A DNA stretch of 64,000 nucleotides, taken from the NCBI RefSeq assembly GCF_030538695.1, contig NZ_JAUNTN010000003.1, positions 13,678 to 77,677 of the forward strand, in the 5' to 3' direction. Shown piece by piece: positions 1 to 9,453 of the stretch. Each line of letters begins with the position of its first letter. Position 1 is the first letter of the stretch. The position numbers and the translations under genes are program-made. The stretch is from Paracoccus sp. (in: a-proteobacteria) (GTDB lineage Bacteria > Pseudomonadota > Alphaproteobacteria > Rhodobacterales > Rhodobacteraceae). The notes under the pieces are model-generated. The model was not told the origin of the DNA and searched no databases. It worked only from the letters and a program-made list of their open reading frames with translations.

Positions 1-812
1 GGGTCGCCGGAGAGGTCATGCCCCGCCTGCTGCTGGAGGGTGAGCATCACACGGCCGATGTCACCATCGGGCTGTTTGCCGATGACACCGCCCGCGCCCG
101 CGCCACCGGGCTGTTCGCGCCGCATGGGCAGGATCTGGCGGGGCTGACCATGCCGGTGGAATGGACCGACGACACGTTCCTGCCCTTTGACTGGAGCGAG
201 CTTGCCTTTGTCTATGACGAAACCCGGTTGCCCAATCCGCCTGCATCCTTTGCGGAGCTGCTGGAATCGGATGTGAAAATCGTGCTGCAAGATCCGCGCA
301 GCTCGCCTTCGGGGCTGGCAACACTTTTCTGGGTGCGCTCGATCTACGGCGATGATGCCCCCGCAGCATGGGCGAAACTGGCCCCGAATGTGCTGACACT
401 GACGAAGGGCTGGTCGGAATCCTATGGCATGTTCACCAGCGGGGAGGTGGACATGGTGCTGTCCTTCACCACCTCGCCCGCCTACCATATCGCGGCGGAA
501 AACGACCTGACCAAGCACGCCGCGATCTTCCCCGAAGGCCATTATCTTTACGTCGAACTGGCGGGCCGCATGGCCAGCAGCCAGCAGCCCGAACTGGCCG
601 ATGCCTTTATGGCCTATATGCTGTCGCATGATTTTCAGGCGATGATCCCCGAGGCAAACTGGTCTTATCCGTCGAAACTGGCTGACGCTGATCTGCCGCA
701 GGTGTTCAAGGATCTGCCGCGCCCGGAAAAAACGCTGTGGTTCAGTGAGGCCGAAGCCGAGGCGCTGCGCCGCCCGATGCTTGACGAATGGCTGACCTCT
801 TTCGCGCGCTGA
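1..812 (+). CDS. thiB: thiamine ABC transporter periplasmic substrate-binding protein (5' end outside window)
   Basis: Open frame runs to the window edge with no upstream stop; 264 aa visible with ThiB/TbpA-type SBP sequence; followed directly by overlapping thiP and thiQ. Confidence 0.8.
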   Translation, partial: VAGEVMPRLLLEGEHHTADVTIGLFADDTARARATGLFAPHGQDLAGLTMPVEWTDDTFLPFDWSELAFVYDETRLPNPPASFAELLESDVKIVLQDPRSSPSGLATLFWVRSIYGDDAPAAWAKLAPNVLTLTKGWSESYGMFTSGEVDMVLSFTTSPAYHIAAENDLTKHAAIFPEGHYLYVELAGRMASSQQPELADAFMAYMLSHDFQAMIPEANWSYPSKLADADLPQVFKDLPRPEKTLWFSEAEAEALRRPMLDEWLTSFAR

Positions 813-2329
813 GTGCGGGCTGGCCGGGCCGGCTGGCGGCGCAGCTGCTGGCCGGGCTGATCTTTGGGTCGCTGGCGGCGGTGGTCTGGCAGGCGCGCGG
901 CTTGTCGGCGCTGGGGCCGTGGGATTGGCGGGCGGTCTGGTTCACGCTATGGCAGGCCGCGTTGTCGGCCAGCCTGTCGGCCCTTTGCGCGATTCCCGTT
1001 GCGCGGGCGCTGGCCCGGCGCCGCTTTGCCGGGCGCGGGTTGTTGGTCACGCTGTTGGGTGCGCCGTTTATCCTGCCGGTGATTGTTGCGGTCATGGGGC
1101 TGATTGCGGTTTTTGGCCGCAATGGGGTGGTGAACAGCGGGCTGGCGATGCTGGGCCTGCCGCCGGTGTCGATCTATGGCTGGCAAGGTGTCGTGCTGGC
1201 GCATGTGTTCTTTAACCTGCCGCTGGCGGTCAGGATGCTGCTGCAAGGTTGGCAGGCCATCCCGGCCGAGCGTATCCGCCTTGCGCAATCGCTGGATTTC
1301 ACCCCGCGCGACTTGGCCCGGCATCTGGAACGCCCGATGCTGCGGGCCAGCCTGCCGGGCATTTGGCTGGCGGTGTTTCTGGTCTGCCTGACCTCTTTCG
1401 CCATTGCCCTGACCCTTGGCGGCGGCCCGCGTGCCACCACGGTCGAACTGGCGATTTATCAGGCGTTCCGGCTGGATTTCGACCTTGGCCGCGCGGCAAT
1501 GCTGGCGCTGGTGCAGGTCGGGCTATGCCTGGCGGCGCTGCTGATTGCGGCGCGGGTAGCGGTGCCATCGGGCTTTGGCGCGGGGCTGGACCGGCGGCAG
1601 AGCCTGCCCACCCCGGCTGGCTGGCACCGGTTGGCGGATGCGTTTGTGATCACATTGGCGGCAGGGTTTCTGATCCTGCCGATGGCGCTGGTGCTGGCGC
1701 AGGGGGTGCCGCGCCTGCCGGCACTGCCCGATCACGTCTGGCTGGCGGCGGGGCGGTCTATCCTTATGACGCTGGCCTCGACCGCATTGGCGGTGGCGTT
1801 GGTGCTGGCTATCGCGCTGGCAGCCCCCGCGCGGCGCTGGATCGAGGTCGTGGGGATGCTGCCGATGGTGGTTTCGTCACTGGTGCTTGGGACCGGGTTG
1901 TATCTGATTTTCCGCGGGGTCGCCTCGCCTGCCGCGATGGCGCTGCCGGTGACGGTTCTGGTCAATGCGACCATGGCGTTGCCGTTCTCGCTGCGGGTGC
2001 TGCTGCCGCATGTCACGACGCTGAATGCCGATTATGGGCGGTTGGCCGAATCGCTGGATCTGCGCGGCTGGTCGCGATTGCGGCTGCTGGTGCTGCCACG
2101 GCTAAGGGCGCCGCTGGGTTTTGCGGCAGGGCTGTCGGCGGCGCTGGCGATGGGTGATCTTGGGGTCATCGCGCTGTTCGCCGGACCGGATCAGGCCACG
2201 CTGCCGTTGGTGATGTATCAACTGATGGGCAATTACCGGACGGCGGATGCGATGGCGGCGGCGGTGCTGCTGACCGGGTTGGCCTTTGCGATTTTCTGGA
2301 TTTTCGATCGGGCGGGACGTCATGCTTGA
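788..2329 (+). CDS. thiP: thiamine ABC transporter permease (two fused permease domains)
   Basis: 513 aa polytopic membrane protein with duplicated ABC permease domains typical of ThiP; overlaps thiB end and thiQ start. Confidence 0.85.
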   Translation: MADLFRALSAGWPGRLAAQLLAGLIFGSLAAVVWQARGLSALGPWDWRAVWFTLWQAALSASLSALCAIPVARALARRRFAGRGLLVTLLGAPFILPVIVAVMGLIAVFGRNGVVNSGLAMLGLPPVSIYGWQGVVLAHVFFNLPLAVRMLLQGWQAIPAERIRLAQSLDFTPRDLARHLERPMLRASLPGIWLAVFLVCLTSFAIALTLGGGPRATTVELAIYQAFRLDFDLGRAAMLALVQVGLCLAALLIAARVAVPSGFGAGLDRRQSLPTPAGWHRLADAFVITLAAGFLILPMALVLAQGVPRLPALPDHVWLAAGRSILMTLASTALAVALVLAIALAAPARRWIEVVGMLPMVVSSLVLGTGLYLIFRGVASPAAMALPVTVLVNATMALPFSLRVLLPHVTTLNADYGRLAESLDLRGWSRLRLLVLPRLRAPLGFAAGLSAALAMGDLGVIALFAGPDQATLPLVMYQLMGNYRTADAMAAAVLLTGLAFAIFWIFDRAGRHA

Positions 2330-3008
2330 ACTGCGCAATCTGACTGTAACCCTTGGCGATTTCAGCCTGAACGCCAATCTGACCGTGCCGCAGGGCGCAA
2401 GGGTTGCGGTGATCGGGCCGTCAGGTTCGGGAAAATCGACGCTGCTGGCGCTGATCGGCGGCTATCTGGCCCCGGATCAGGGTCAGGTGATCTGGCAGGG
2501 ACAGGACCTGACCCAGCTGCGACCAGGGCAGAGGCCCATTTCGACGCTGTTTCAGGACCAGAACTTGTTTCCGCATCTGACGGTAAAACAAAATACAGGG
2601 CTTGGTCTGCGCCCGGATTTGCGCCTGACCCCGGATCAGCACGCTGCCTGTCAGGCTGCGCTGGTGCAGGTCGGGCTGGCCGGAATGGCGGATCGCAAGC
2701 CCGCACAATTGTCCGGCGGGCAGCAAAGCCGGGTGGCGCTGGCACGAGTGCTGTTGCGCCGCCGCCCGATCCTGCTGCTGGATGAGCCGTTCTCGGCGCT
2801 TGGTCCGGCGTTGAAATCCGAAATGCTGGTGCTGCTGGATCAGATCGCGCAGGACACTACGGTGCTGATGGTCACGCATGACCCCGAGGATGCCCGCCGT
2901 TTCGCGCCGCTGACCGTGACCATCAGCGAAGGCCACGCCGCTGCGCCAGTGCCGACCGGGCCGCTGCTGGACAACCCGCCGCCCGCACTACGCGCCTATC
3001 TGGGTTAG
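2322..3008 (+). CDS. thiQ: thiamine ABC transporter ATP-binding protein
   Basis: Walker A GPSGSGKST, ABC signature LSGGQQSR, Walker B LLLDEPF; ATG at 2322 overlaps thiP stop (track ORF begins at 2286, but the homology starts at MLELRNLTV). Confidence 0.85.
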   Translation: MLELRNLTVTLGDFSLNANLTVPQGARVAVIGPSGSGKSTLLALIGGYLAPDQGQVIWQGQDLTQLRPGQRPISTLFQDQNLFPHLTVKQNTGLGLRPDLRLTPDQHAACQAALVQVGLAGMADRKPAQLSGGQQSRVALARVLLRRRPILLLDEPFSALGPALKSEMLVLLDQIAQDTTVLMVTHDPEDARRFAPLTVTISEGHAAAPVPTGPLLDNPPPALRAYLG

Positions 3009-3150
3009 GAATCTCTGCTGCGCGCTTTTGTGGGAACGATCCTTTCGCGGTCGGGCCACGCGGCGGAACGTGCTTGCTTTTCTGCGCCGCGCCGCTTGTG
3101 CCAGACGGCGGTTTCGGGCAGTTGAAGGCGGGATGAAACAAGGTGCGGAA

Positions 3151-4185
3151 ATGACCCAGGGCGCGGCCATCAGCTTTGAGAATGTCGGCAAGACCTATCC
3201 CGGCGGCGCGGTGGCGCTGGCGGATGTGTCGCTGCATGTTCAGCCGGGTGCGATTTGCGGGATCATCGGGCGCTCTGGTGCGGGAAAATCGACGCTGCTG
3301 CGTATGGTGAACGGGCTGGAGAAACCGACCAGCGGCCGGGTGTTGGTGGACGATACCGATGTGGGAACGGCGACCGGCAGCAGTCTGCGGACGATCCGCC
3401 GCCATGTCGGGATGATTTTCCAACATTTCAACCTGCTGACCTCGCGCACGGTTTACGGCAATATTGCCCTGCCGCTGGAAATCGCAGGCACACCGGGCGA
3501 CCAGATCCGCGCCCGCGTCACCGACCTGATTGCCCGCGTCGGCTTGCAGGATCTGGCTGACCGCTATCCGGCGCAGCTTTCCGGCGGCCAGAAACAGCGC
3601 GTCGGTATCGCCCGGGCTTTGGCGACCAGCCCAAAGGTGCTGCTGTCCGATGAGGCAACTTCGGCCCTTGACCCGGAGACCACGCAGACGGTTCTGGCGC
3701 TGCTGCGCGACATCAACCGCGATTTGGGGCTGACCATCCTGCTGATTACGCATGAAATGGGTGTCGTGCGCGACATCGCCAGCCATATGGCGGTGATCGA
3801 CGGCGGCCGGATCGTAGAAGCGGGGCCGACCTATGACGTATTCGTGCGCCCGCAACATGCAACGACGCGCAGCTTCCTGTCGGGCGTGACCGGGATCAAA
3901 CTGCCCGATTTCATCGCCGGGCGGATGGTGGCAACCCGGCCCGCAGGCGCGTCGCAAGAGGTGATCCGCGTGACCTTCAGCGGCACCCATGCCACCGACC
4001 CGATGCTGTCGCAACTGGCGGCGCAGGGGATGCCGGTCAACATCCTTGCCGGTGCCATCGAGGAAATCGGCCCGCATCCGTTCGGCAACCTGCTGATCTC
4101 GGTCCCGGCGGATCGCGGGGATGAGGCGCGGGCCTATCTGGAACAGCATAAACTGCTGACCGAGGTGCTTGGCTATGTCCGCTAA
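3151..4185 (+). CDS. metN: methionine ABC transporter ATP-binding protein with C-terminal NIL/MetN_C regulatory domain
   Basis: Walker A GRSGAGKST, LSGGQKQR, ABC ATPase plus C-terminal ~100 aa regulatory domain; AAGGTG SD before ATG 3151 (alternative starts 3133 or 3028). Confidence 0.85.
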   Translation: MTQGAAISFENVGKTYPGGAVALADVSLHVQPGAICGIIGRSGAGKSTLLRMVNGLEKPTSGRVLVDDTDVGTATGSSLRTIRRHVGMIFQHFNLLTSRTVYGNIALPLEIAGTPGDQIRARVTDLIARVGLQDLADRYPAQLSGGQKQRVGIARALATSPKVLLSDEATSALDPETTQTVLALLRDINRDLGLTILLITHEMGVVRDIASHMAVIDGGRIVEAGPTYDVFVRPQHATTRSFLSGVTGIKLPDFIAGRMVATRPAGASQEVIRVTFSGTHATDPMLSQLAAQGMPVNILAGAIEEIGPHPFGNLLISVPADRGDEARAYLEQHKLLTEVLGYVR

Positions 4186-4849
4186 TCTTATCAGCCTGCT
4201 GTATAACTCGACGCTGGAAACGCTGTATATGGTGGCGATTTCGGCGCTGATCGGCACGATTTTTGGCCTGCCGCTGGGTGTGTTTCTGGCCACCTCGCAG
4301 CGGGGCGAACTGCTGGCCGCGCCTTGGCTGAACCGGGTGCTGGGGCTGGTGGTCAATGCCGCGCGCTCGATCCCGTTCATCATTCTGGTGGTGGCGATTA
4401 TCCCCTTTACCCGCATGGTTGCAGGCACATCCATCGGGACCACGGCGGCCATCGTGCCGTTAAGCATCGCCGCCGCGCCCTTCATTGCGCGGCTGGTCGA
4501 GAATGCCATCCGCGAGGTGGACAGCGGCTTGATCGAGGCCGCCCGCGCCATGGGGGCAACGCCGTTCCAGATCATCCGCAAGGTGCTGCTGCGCGAGGCG
4601 CTGCCGGGCATTACCCTTGGCCTGACGCTGGCGGTGGTGTCGCTGATCGGCTATTCCGCCATGGTCGGCGCAGTCGGCGGCGGTGGCTTGGGTGATCTTG
4701 GCATCCGCTATGGCTATCAACGGTTTATGCCTGATGTGATGCTGATTGTCGTCATTATTATGATCGTTCTGGTGCAGCTTGTTCAGTCGGCCGGTGAGTG
4801 GATCGCCGGTCGCGTGGACAAACGCGCCCCCCGCAATCGCGGCCAATAA
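4169..4849 (+). CDS. metI: methionine ABC transporter permease
   Basis: 226 aa, 5-TM MetI-like permease; overlaps metN stop. Confidence 0.85.
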   Translation: MAMSANLISLLYNSTLETLYMVAISALIGTIFGLPLGVFLATSQRGELLAAPWLNRVLGLVVNAARSIPFIILVVAIIPFTRMVAGTSIGTTAAIVPLSIAAAPFIARLVENAIREVDSGLIEAARAMGATPFQIIRKVLLREALPGITLGLTLAVVSLIGYSAMVGAVGGGGLGDLGIRYGYQRFMPDVMLIVVIIMIVLVQLVQSAGEWIAGRVDKRAPRNRGQ

Positions 4850-4878
4850 CCGCGTAAACCCCAGAAAAGGAGCATATC

Positions 4879-5655
4879 ATGCTGCGTCTGACTACTTTTG
4901 TTTCTGCCCTCGCCCTGTCTACGGCTGCGGCCATGGCGCTGGACATCAAGGTTGGTGTTTCGCCCGGCGAACATGGCGAAATCATGGAAGAAGTCGCCAA
5001 AATCGCGGCGCCAAAGGGCCTGAATATTCAGGTGATCGAGTTTTCCGATTACGTCATTCCCAATCAGGCGCTGGCGGATGGCGATTTGAATGCCAACAGC
5101 TTTCAGCACCGTCCCTATCTGGAAAACCAGATGAAGGATCGCGGCTTTGATCTGGTCGAGATCGGCACCACCATCACCACGCCGATGGGGGTTTATTCCA
5201 GCAAGATCAAATCGCTGGACGATCTGCCCGAGGGCGCACAGGTCGCCATTCCGAACGACCCGACCAACGGTGGCCGCGCCCTGCTGGTGCTGCAAGACCT
5301 TGGTGTTCTGAAGCTGGCGGATGGCACCGGGCTGGTCCCCTCGCCGCTGGACGTGACCGAGAACCCCAAGAAGCTGCGCTTCATGGAGCTGGACGCCGCG
5401 CAACTGCCGCGCACGCTGGCTGATGTGGACATTGCAATCATCAACACCAATTACGCGCTGGCCTCGGGTCTGAACCCGAAAACCGACGCCATTGCGATGG
5501 AAAAGGCCGACAGCCCCTATGTGAACATCATCGTGGTGAAACAGGGCGATCAGGAGGCCGAATGGGTCGCGCCGCTGCTGGAGGCGTATCATTCCCCCGA
5601 GGTCAAGGCGTTCATTGATGAGAAATATCAAGGCTCGGTCCTGACCAGCTGGTAA
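4879..5655 (+). CDS. metQ: methionine-binding lipoprotein (NlpA/MetQ family)
   Basis: 258 aa with signal peptide; MetQ/NlpA family sequence; third gene of the metNIQ order. Confidence 0.85.
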   Translation: MLRLTTFVSALALSTAAAMALDIKVGVSPGEHGEIMEEVAKIAAPKGLNIQVIEFSDYVIPNQALADGDLNANSFQHRPYLENQMKDRGFDLVEIGTTITTPMGVYSSKIKSLDDLPEGAQVAIPNDPTNGGRALLVLQDLGVLKLADGTGLVPSPLDVTENPKKLRFMELDAAQLPRTLADVDIAIINTNYALASGLNPKTDAIAMEKADSPYVNIIVVKQGDQEAEWVAPLLEAYHSPEVKAFIDEKYQGSVLTSW

Positions 5656-5659
5656 GACG

Positions 5660-5688
5660 AATGGCGGGCCTTGCGCCCGCCATTTTCA
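5660..5688 (+). terminator. Rho-independent terminator of the met operon
   Basis: 10-bp perfect stem aatggcgggc / gcccgccatt with 5-nt loop, followed by TTTTCATT; 5 bp after the metQ stop. Confidence 0.6.
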
Positions 5689-5721
5689 TTAAGCCCACCA
5701 TTTCCATAAAAGACGACAGAT

Positions 5722-7053
5722 ATGCCCGGCCCCTTTACCACCCCCGTTCATGGTGATCTGACCCTGCCCGCACGCGTTGATGTGGTGGTGATCGGGGGCG
5801 GGATCATTGGGGCCTCGACCGCGCTGGAACTGGCCGAACGTGGGGTCAGCGTGGCGCTTTGCGAAAAGGGTGGCATCGGGCATGAGCAATCCAGCCGCAA
5901 CTGGGGCTGGGTCCGCATCACCCGCCGCGACCCGCGCGAGGTCGCGCTGATGGCCGAGGCTCTGCGTATCTGGCCCGGCCTTGCCGCCCGCACGGGCCGC
6001 AATCTGGGCTATACCCGCGCAGGGATTGCCTTTGCCTGCGCGACCGAAAAGGACGCCGAACATCATCACGGCTGGCTGAAGAATGTCGAGGGGCTGGATG
6101 TGGACACGCGGATGCTGTCCGCGTCCGCGTTTTCGGCCATGAACCCCGGTATGGATCTGGCGCATCATGGTGCGCTTTATACCGCGATGGATGGCCGCGC
6201 CGAGCCGCAGCTTGCCGCCCCCGCCATTGCCGAGGCTGCCCGCGACCGGGGTGCCCGCATCCTGACCGAATGTGCGGTGCGTGGGGTGGACATGGCGGCT
6301 GGCCGTATCGCCGGGGTTATCACCGAACGCGGCCCGATAGCCTGCGGTGCGGTGGTGCTGGCGGGCGGGGCATGGTCCAGCCTGTTTGCCCGGAACGAAG
6401 GGCTGCGGCTGCCGCAGCTCAAGGTCCGCAACTCGGTCCTGCGCACGACGCCGGTGGCCGGTGGTCCCGATATGGCGATCTGGACCGAGGGTTTTGCGAT
6501 CCGCAAACGCGCCGACGGCGGCTATACCGTCGCCAACGGGCATGAGAACGTGGCAGACATCGTGCCGGACAGTTTCCGCTTTTTCCGCGACTTTATCCCG
6601 GCGCTGCGGCATGAATGGCGGTCGCTGCTGATCCGGCCCGGTTGGCGCTTTTTCGACGAAGCCCGTATCCCGAACCGCTGGCGCATGGATGAGGCGTCGC
6701 CCTTTGAATATTGCCGGGTTCTGGACCCGAAACCGCATCTGTCTCTGCAAGATCGTGCGATGGAAAACCTGCGTCGTGCCTTTCCGGTCTTTGCCGGCGC
6801 CCGTGTGGCGCAGCGTTGGGCAGGGGCCATTGACGCCACGCCGGACGCGCTTCCGGTGATCTCCGGTGTGGACGCGCTGCCGGGCTTTTACATTGCCACC
6901 GGATTTTCCGGCCACGGTTTCGGCATCGGCCCGGCTGCCGGGCGGCTGATGGCCGATCTGGTGACAGGGGCCGCGCCGGTCGTCGATCCCACGGATTTTC
7001 GCTTCAGCCGGTTCTCGGACGGGTCAGAAATCCGCTGCCTGACCGGGTTCTGA
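5722..7053 (+). CDS. FAD-dependent oxidoreductase (DadA / D-amino-acid dehydrogenase-like)
   Basis: N-terminal VVVIGGGIIGASTALELAERG dinucleotide-binding motif; 443 aa DAO-family architecture. Confidence 0.7.
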   Translation: MPGPFTTPVHGDLTLPARVDVVVIGGGIIGASTALELAERGVSVALCEKGGIGHEQSSRNWGWVRITRRDPREVALMAEALRIWPGLAARTGRNLGYTRAGIAFACATEKDAEHHHGWLKNVEGLDVDTRMLSASAFSAMNPGMDLAHHGALYTAMDGRAEPQLAAPAIAEAARDRGARILTECAVRGVDMAAGRIAGVITERGPIACGAVVLAGGAWSSLFARNEGLRLPQLKVRNSVLRTTPVAGGPDMAIWTEGFAIRKRADGGYTVANGHENVADIVPDSFRFFRDFIPALRHEWRSLLIRPGWRFFDEARIPNRWRMDEASPFEYCRVLDPKPHLSLQDRAMENLRRAFPVFAGARVAQRWAGAIDATPDALPVISGVDALPGFYIATGFSGHGFGIGPAAGRLMADLVTGAAPVVDPTDFRFSRFSDGSEIRCLTGF

Positions 7054-7146
7054 CGCAGGGTCGCAACCGCAAGATGGTTTTGTAATGAAACCGAAAAGCA
7101 GACGGATGAGTTTTGGCTGTATCTGCATTTCACAACGGACAAGCCG

Positions 7147-7953
7147 ATGAAATATCTGACCGCTGCTGCCCTTGCGCTGACCCTTGGTGCCGGTGTTGCC
7201 CATGCCGAAACCGCCGATTGTGGCATCATGCCCGGCGACCTTGGCGAAGGATTCCAGACCATCACCGGCGTGATTACCGGCGATCAGACCTGTGATCTGT
7301 CCTTTGCCGCCCGCAAGGGCCAGCGGTTGCGGGTTAATCTGTCCAGCAAAGCGCCGCTGTCGCTGAATGTTTACAGCCCGGTGGATAAGCCGCTGCTGGA
7401 AACCGACGTGCTGACCCTGCCGCAGAATGACGTTTACCATCTGCGCCTTGGCATGGCTCGCGGCATCATTGCCAGCCACCCCGGCCCGCAGAGCTTTACC
7501 CTGCAACTGGCGGTCGAGGGTGACGGCGGCCCGGCCATCGGCATTGCCGCCGCCCCTGTGGGTGCAGACGGCCAGCCGGTCCCGGTGGTGGATACCGGCG
7601 GCGAGACCCCGCCCGAAGGCTATGTCGGTGGCGAGGATCTGGCCACGCTTGGGCTGGGCGGCGATTATCAGGGCGTGATCCCCTGCGCCTCTTGTCCCGG
7701 CATCGAAACCTATCTGAACCTGATGGATGACGGCAGCTTCACCCGCACGCAGGTCTATCAGGAGCAGGCGGACGGCACCTTTCAGGATATGGGCGACTGG
7801 TATGTTCAGGACGGCGTGATCGTCCTGCGTCCCGAAGGCAATGATCCCGAAGAAACCCGGCTGAAGCAGGTTGCCCCCGGCCAGCTTGAAATGCTGGGCG
7901 AAGGCGACACCCCTGCGGGCGAAGCCTATCGTCTGACCCGCGACGCGGGGTGA
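7147..7953 (+). CDS. secreted protein with C-terminal NlpE/CutF N-domain-like module
   Basis: Signal peptide MKYLTAAALALTLGAGVAHA; C-terminal GDYQGVIPCASCPGIETYLNLMDDGSFT motif (CxxC) as in the NlpE N-terminal domain. Confidence 0.55.
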   Translation: MKYLTAAALALTLGAGVAHAETADCGIMPGDLGEGFQTITGVITGDQTCDLSFAARKGQRLRVNLSSKAPLSLNVYSPVDKPLLETDVLTLPQNDVYHLRLGMARGIIASHPGPQSFTLQLAVEGDGGPAIGIAAAPVGADGQPVPVVDTGGETPPEGYVGGEDLATLGLGGDYQGVIPCASCPGIETYLNLMDDGSFTRTQVYQEQADGTFQDMGDWYVQDGVIVLRPEGNDPEETRLKQVAPGQLEMLGEGDTPAGEAYRLTRDAG

Positions 7954-8123
7954 TGCATCCGGGCGCGGGCGCAATCCGCGCCCCTTCCCACCGCCCTGCC
8001 AGTCGAGATTGACAGGGCGCCCGATGCTCAGGTGCAGATGTATGAGGCGCAACTGGCCACCGGTGCAGGGGCGGTCAACACACCTAAGAGGCCATCGGCA
8101 ATCTGACCTTCCGCACCGACGGG

Positions 8124-8435
8124 TTGCGGCGCGAGGGGATTTCACCTGGCGCGGCTTCACTGGTGCGGGTGCGCGGTGACAGTATGGAACCGACTCTGCG
8201 TGATGGCGCACTGGTGCTGGTCGATCACAAACACCGCGACGCGACCCGCAAGGGTATCTACGCCCTGCGCATTGGGGATGATGTGCTGGTTAAGCGCCCA
8301 CAAAAGCAAGGTGATGTGCTGCTGATCAACTCGGACAACCCGGCCTATGACATCCGGGTTTTGTCAGGCGATGACGGCGAGCGGGTCGAGATCATTGGCC
8401 GCGTGACGTGGCAGGGATATACGTTCAGAGCATAA
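8124..8435 (+). pseudogene. S24 (LexA/CI/UmuD-type) peptidase domain fragment lacking the N-terminal DNA-binding domain and cleavage site
   Basis: GDSMEP (Ser nucleophile) and VLVKR...GD (Lys) motifs present; in-frame stops at 8043 and 8085, no ATG (only TTG 8124), no room upstream for an HTH domain. Confidence 0.55.
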
Positions 8436-8785
8436 CGGAGGGCGCAAAACGAACGGAAAATATGATAAGACGATCCGCCTGTTAAGCGTCATTCAACTGT
8501 TCGGGTCTCTCGGCGTTATGGCTGCGTGTCAGCGTGGTGGCGTTCTGATCGACATTGCGTGCAACACCGCTGGACCAGCCAAGCCTTGACCGAACAAAAG
8601 CGCATTGTGTGAATGTGCAGAGGGGGCGGGATGGTCCCGCCTCGCAGGTTCAGGAGGTCAGCGATGAAGACGCCATTGCTGGCAGGGACACCCTGATTCC
8701 CGGTGGCGTTCAAGATGAAGATGCGCCTACGAGGTAGGGCCGCAGATGGCAAACGATTATGCTGGTCCGCGCCCTTCGCCTCACG

Positions 8786-8992
8786 TCAGCGCCGCTTGAG
8801 CCTTCGATCAAGCCAGCTTGCGCTCAGATAGGCAAGCGCCACCGCCAGTCCTATAACGATCACGCCAGTGGCCAGGTCGGACAACCCCAAGGCGAAAAAC
8901 AGCCTGCGGGGGATGATGGCGATCGTAAGAAACATCACAACAAGACCGAACGCGGTCGGAAGAATCATTTTCAGCATCAGCACTTGGTCCAA
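8786..8992 (-). CDS. hypothetical small membrane protein (2 predicted TM helices)
   Basis: 68-aa ORF with two hydrophobic segments and a basic C-terminus RRLKRR; lower-GC region; weak RBS; start ambiguous (TTG 8992 or ATG 8974/8962). Confidence 0.3.
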   Translation of the reverse strand: MDQVLMLKMILPTAFGLVVMFLTIAIIPRRLFFALGLSDLATGVIVIGLAVALAYLSASWLDRRLKRR

Positions 8993-9184
8993 ACAGAAAG
9001 GGGCTGGCTCCCGCCAACCTCTTCATTACATTTTCTTTTATGTCTCACAAGCCTTCCCGATATCGCTCTGCTGATCCAGATTGTTGTGGCGGTGGCGTTG
9101 ATCGCCAACATCATCTACCACTGAAGATCTGGATGCCCGGTCCCGGTCGTCGCCGGGGCCTCCTGAAAAGAGAGGAGCTGGCAG

Positions 9185-9409
9185 GTGACAGCGCAAGATT
9201 TTCTCGACTGGATGGCGCACGAACACTGCCGCACAGCGGCTGACATCGTGCGGACCCTTAAATGTGGCCGCACACAGGCCGAACGCTGGGTCAGTGCCGC
9301 GCGGGCTGGACAGGATGTTGAAGTCAAGCGCACAGTGGCATTGGCCATGACCGCCATCGCCCTGTCACTCATCATCCTCGGCCTTGCATATTGGGGCTTT
9401 GGCTGGTGA
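9185..9409 (+). CDS. hypothetical small protein, HTH-like N-terminus plus C-terminal TM anchor
   Basis: GTG start 8 nt after GAGAGGAG; segment TAADIVRTLKCGRTQAERWV resembles an HTH; C-terminal hydrophobic helix LAMTAIALSLIILGLAYWGFGW. Confidence 0.3.
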   Translation: MTAQDFLDWMAHEHCRTAADIVRTLKCGRTQAERWVSAARAGQDVEVKRTVALAMTAIALSLIILGLAYWGFGW

Positions 9410-9453
9410 TCTGTTGGGGTGGCGCACAAGCCGCCCCAATGCAATTAACACCC

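Noticed and set aside
2923-4611. 562-aa minus-strand ORF (and many similar ones: 1249-2157 +, 13487-14887 -, 14637-16124 -, 16860-18368 +, 21406-22953 +, 22749-24134 +, 24184-25380 -, 26229-28151 -, 30779-32617 +, 33463-34986 -, 38128-40215 -, 44519-45619 -, 49671-50801 -, 53810-55252 +, 56577-57668 +, 58227-60401 +, 59971-61851 +, 60663-62036 +)
   Set aside because: All lie antisense to or out of frame with well-supported genes. They are Arg/Ala/Gly/Pro-rich low-complexity translations typical of open alternative frames in ~65% GC DNA. No recognisable domains.
8664-8696. 10-codon mini-ORF MKTPLLAGTP behind a perfect AGGAGG SD
   Set aside because: Too short and isolated to call. It could be a leader peptide or chance. 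Mentioned only as part of the decayed patch.
8759-9124. 121-aa plus-strand ORF with hydrophobic C-terminus (…DIALLIQIVVAVALIANIIYH), overlapping the minus-strand 68-aa membrane ORF
   Set aside because: It is basic and low-complexity for most of its length, has no credible start or RBS, and overlaps a more plausible small membrane ORF. It is likely noise in a decayed region, although a tiny hydrophobic type-I-toxin-like peptide cannot be excluded.
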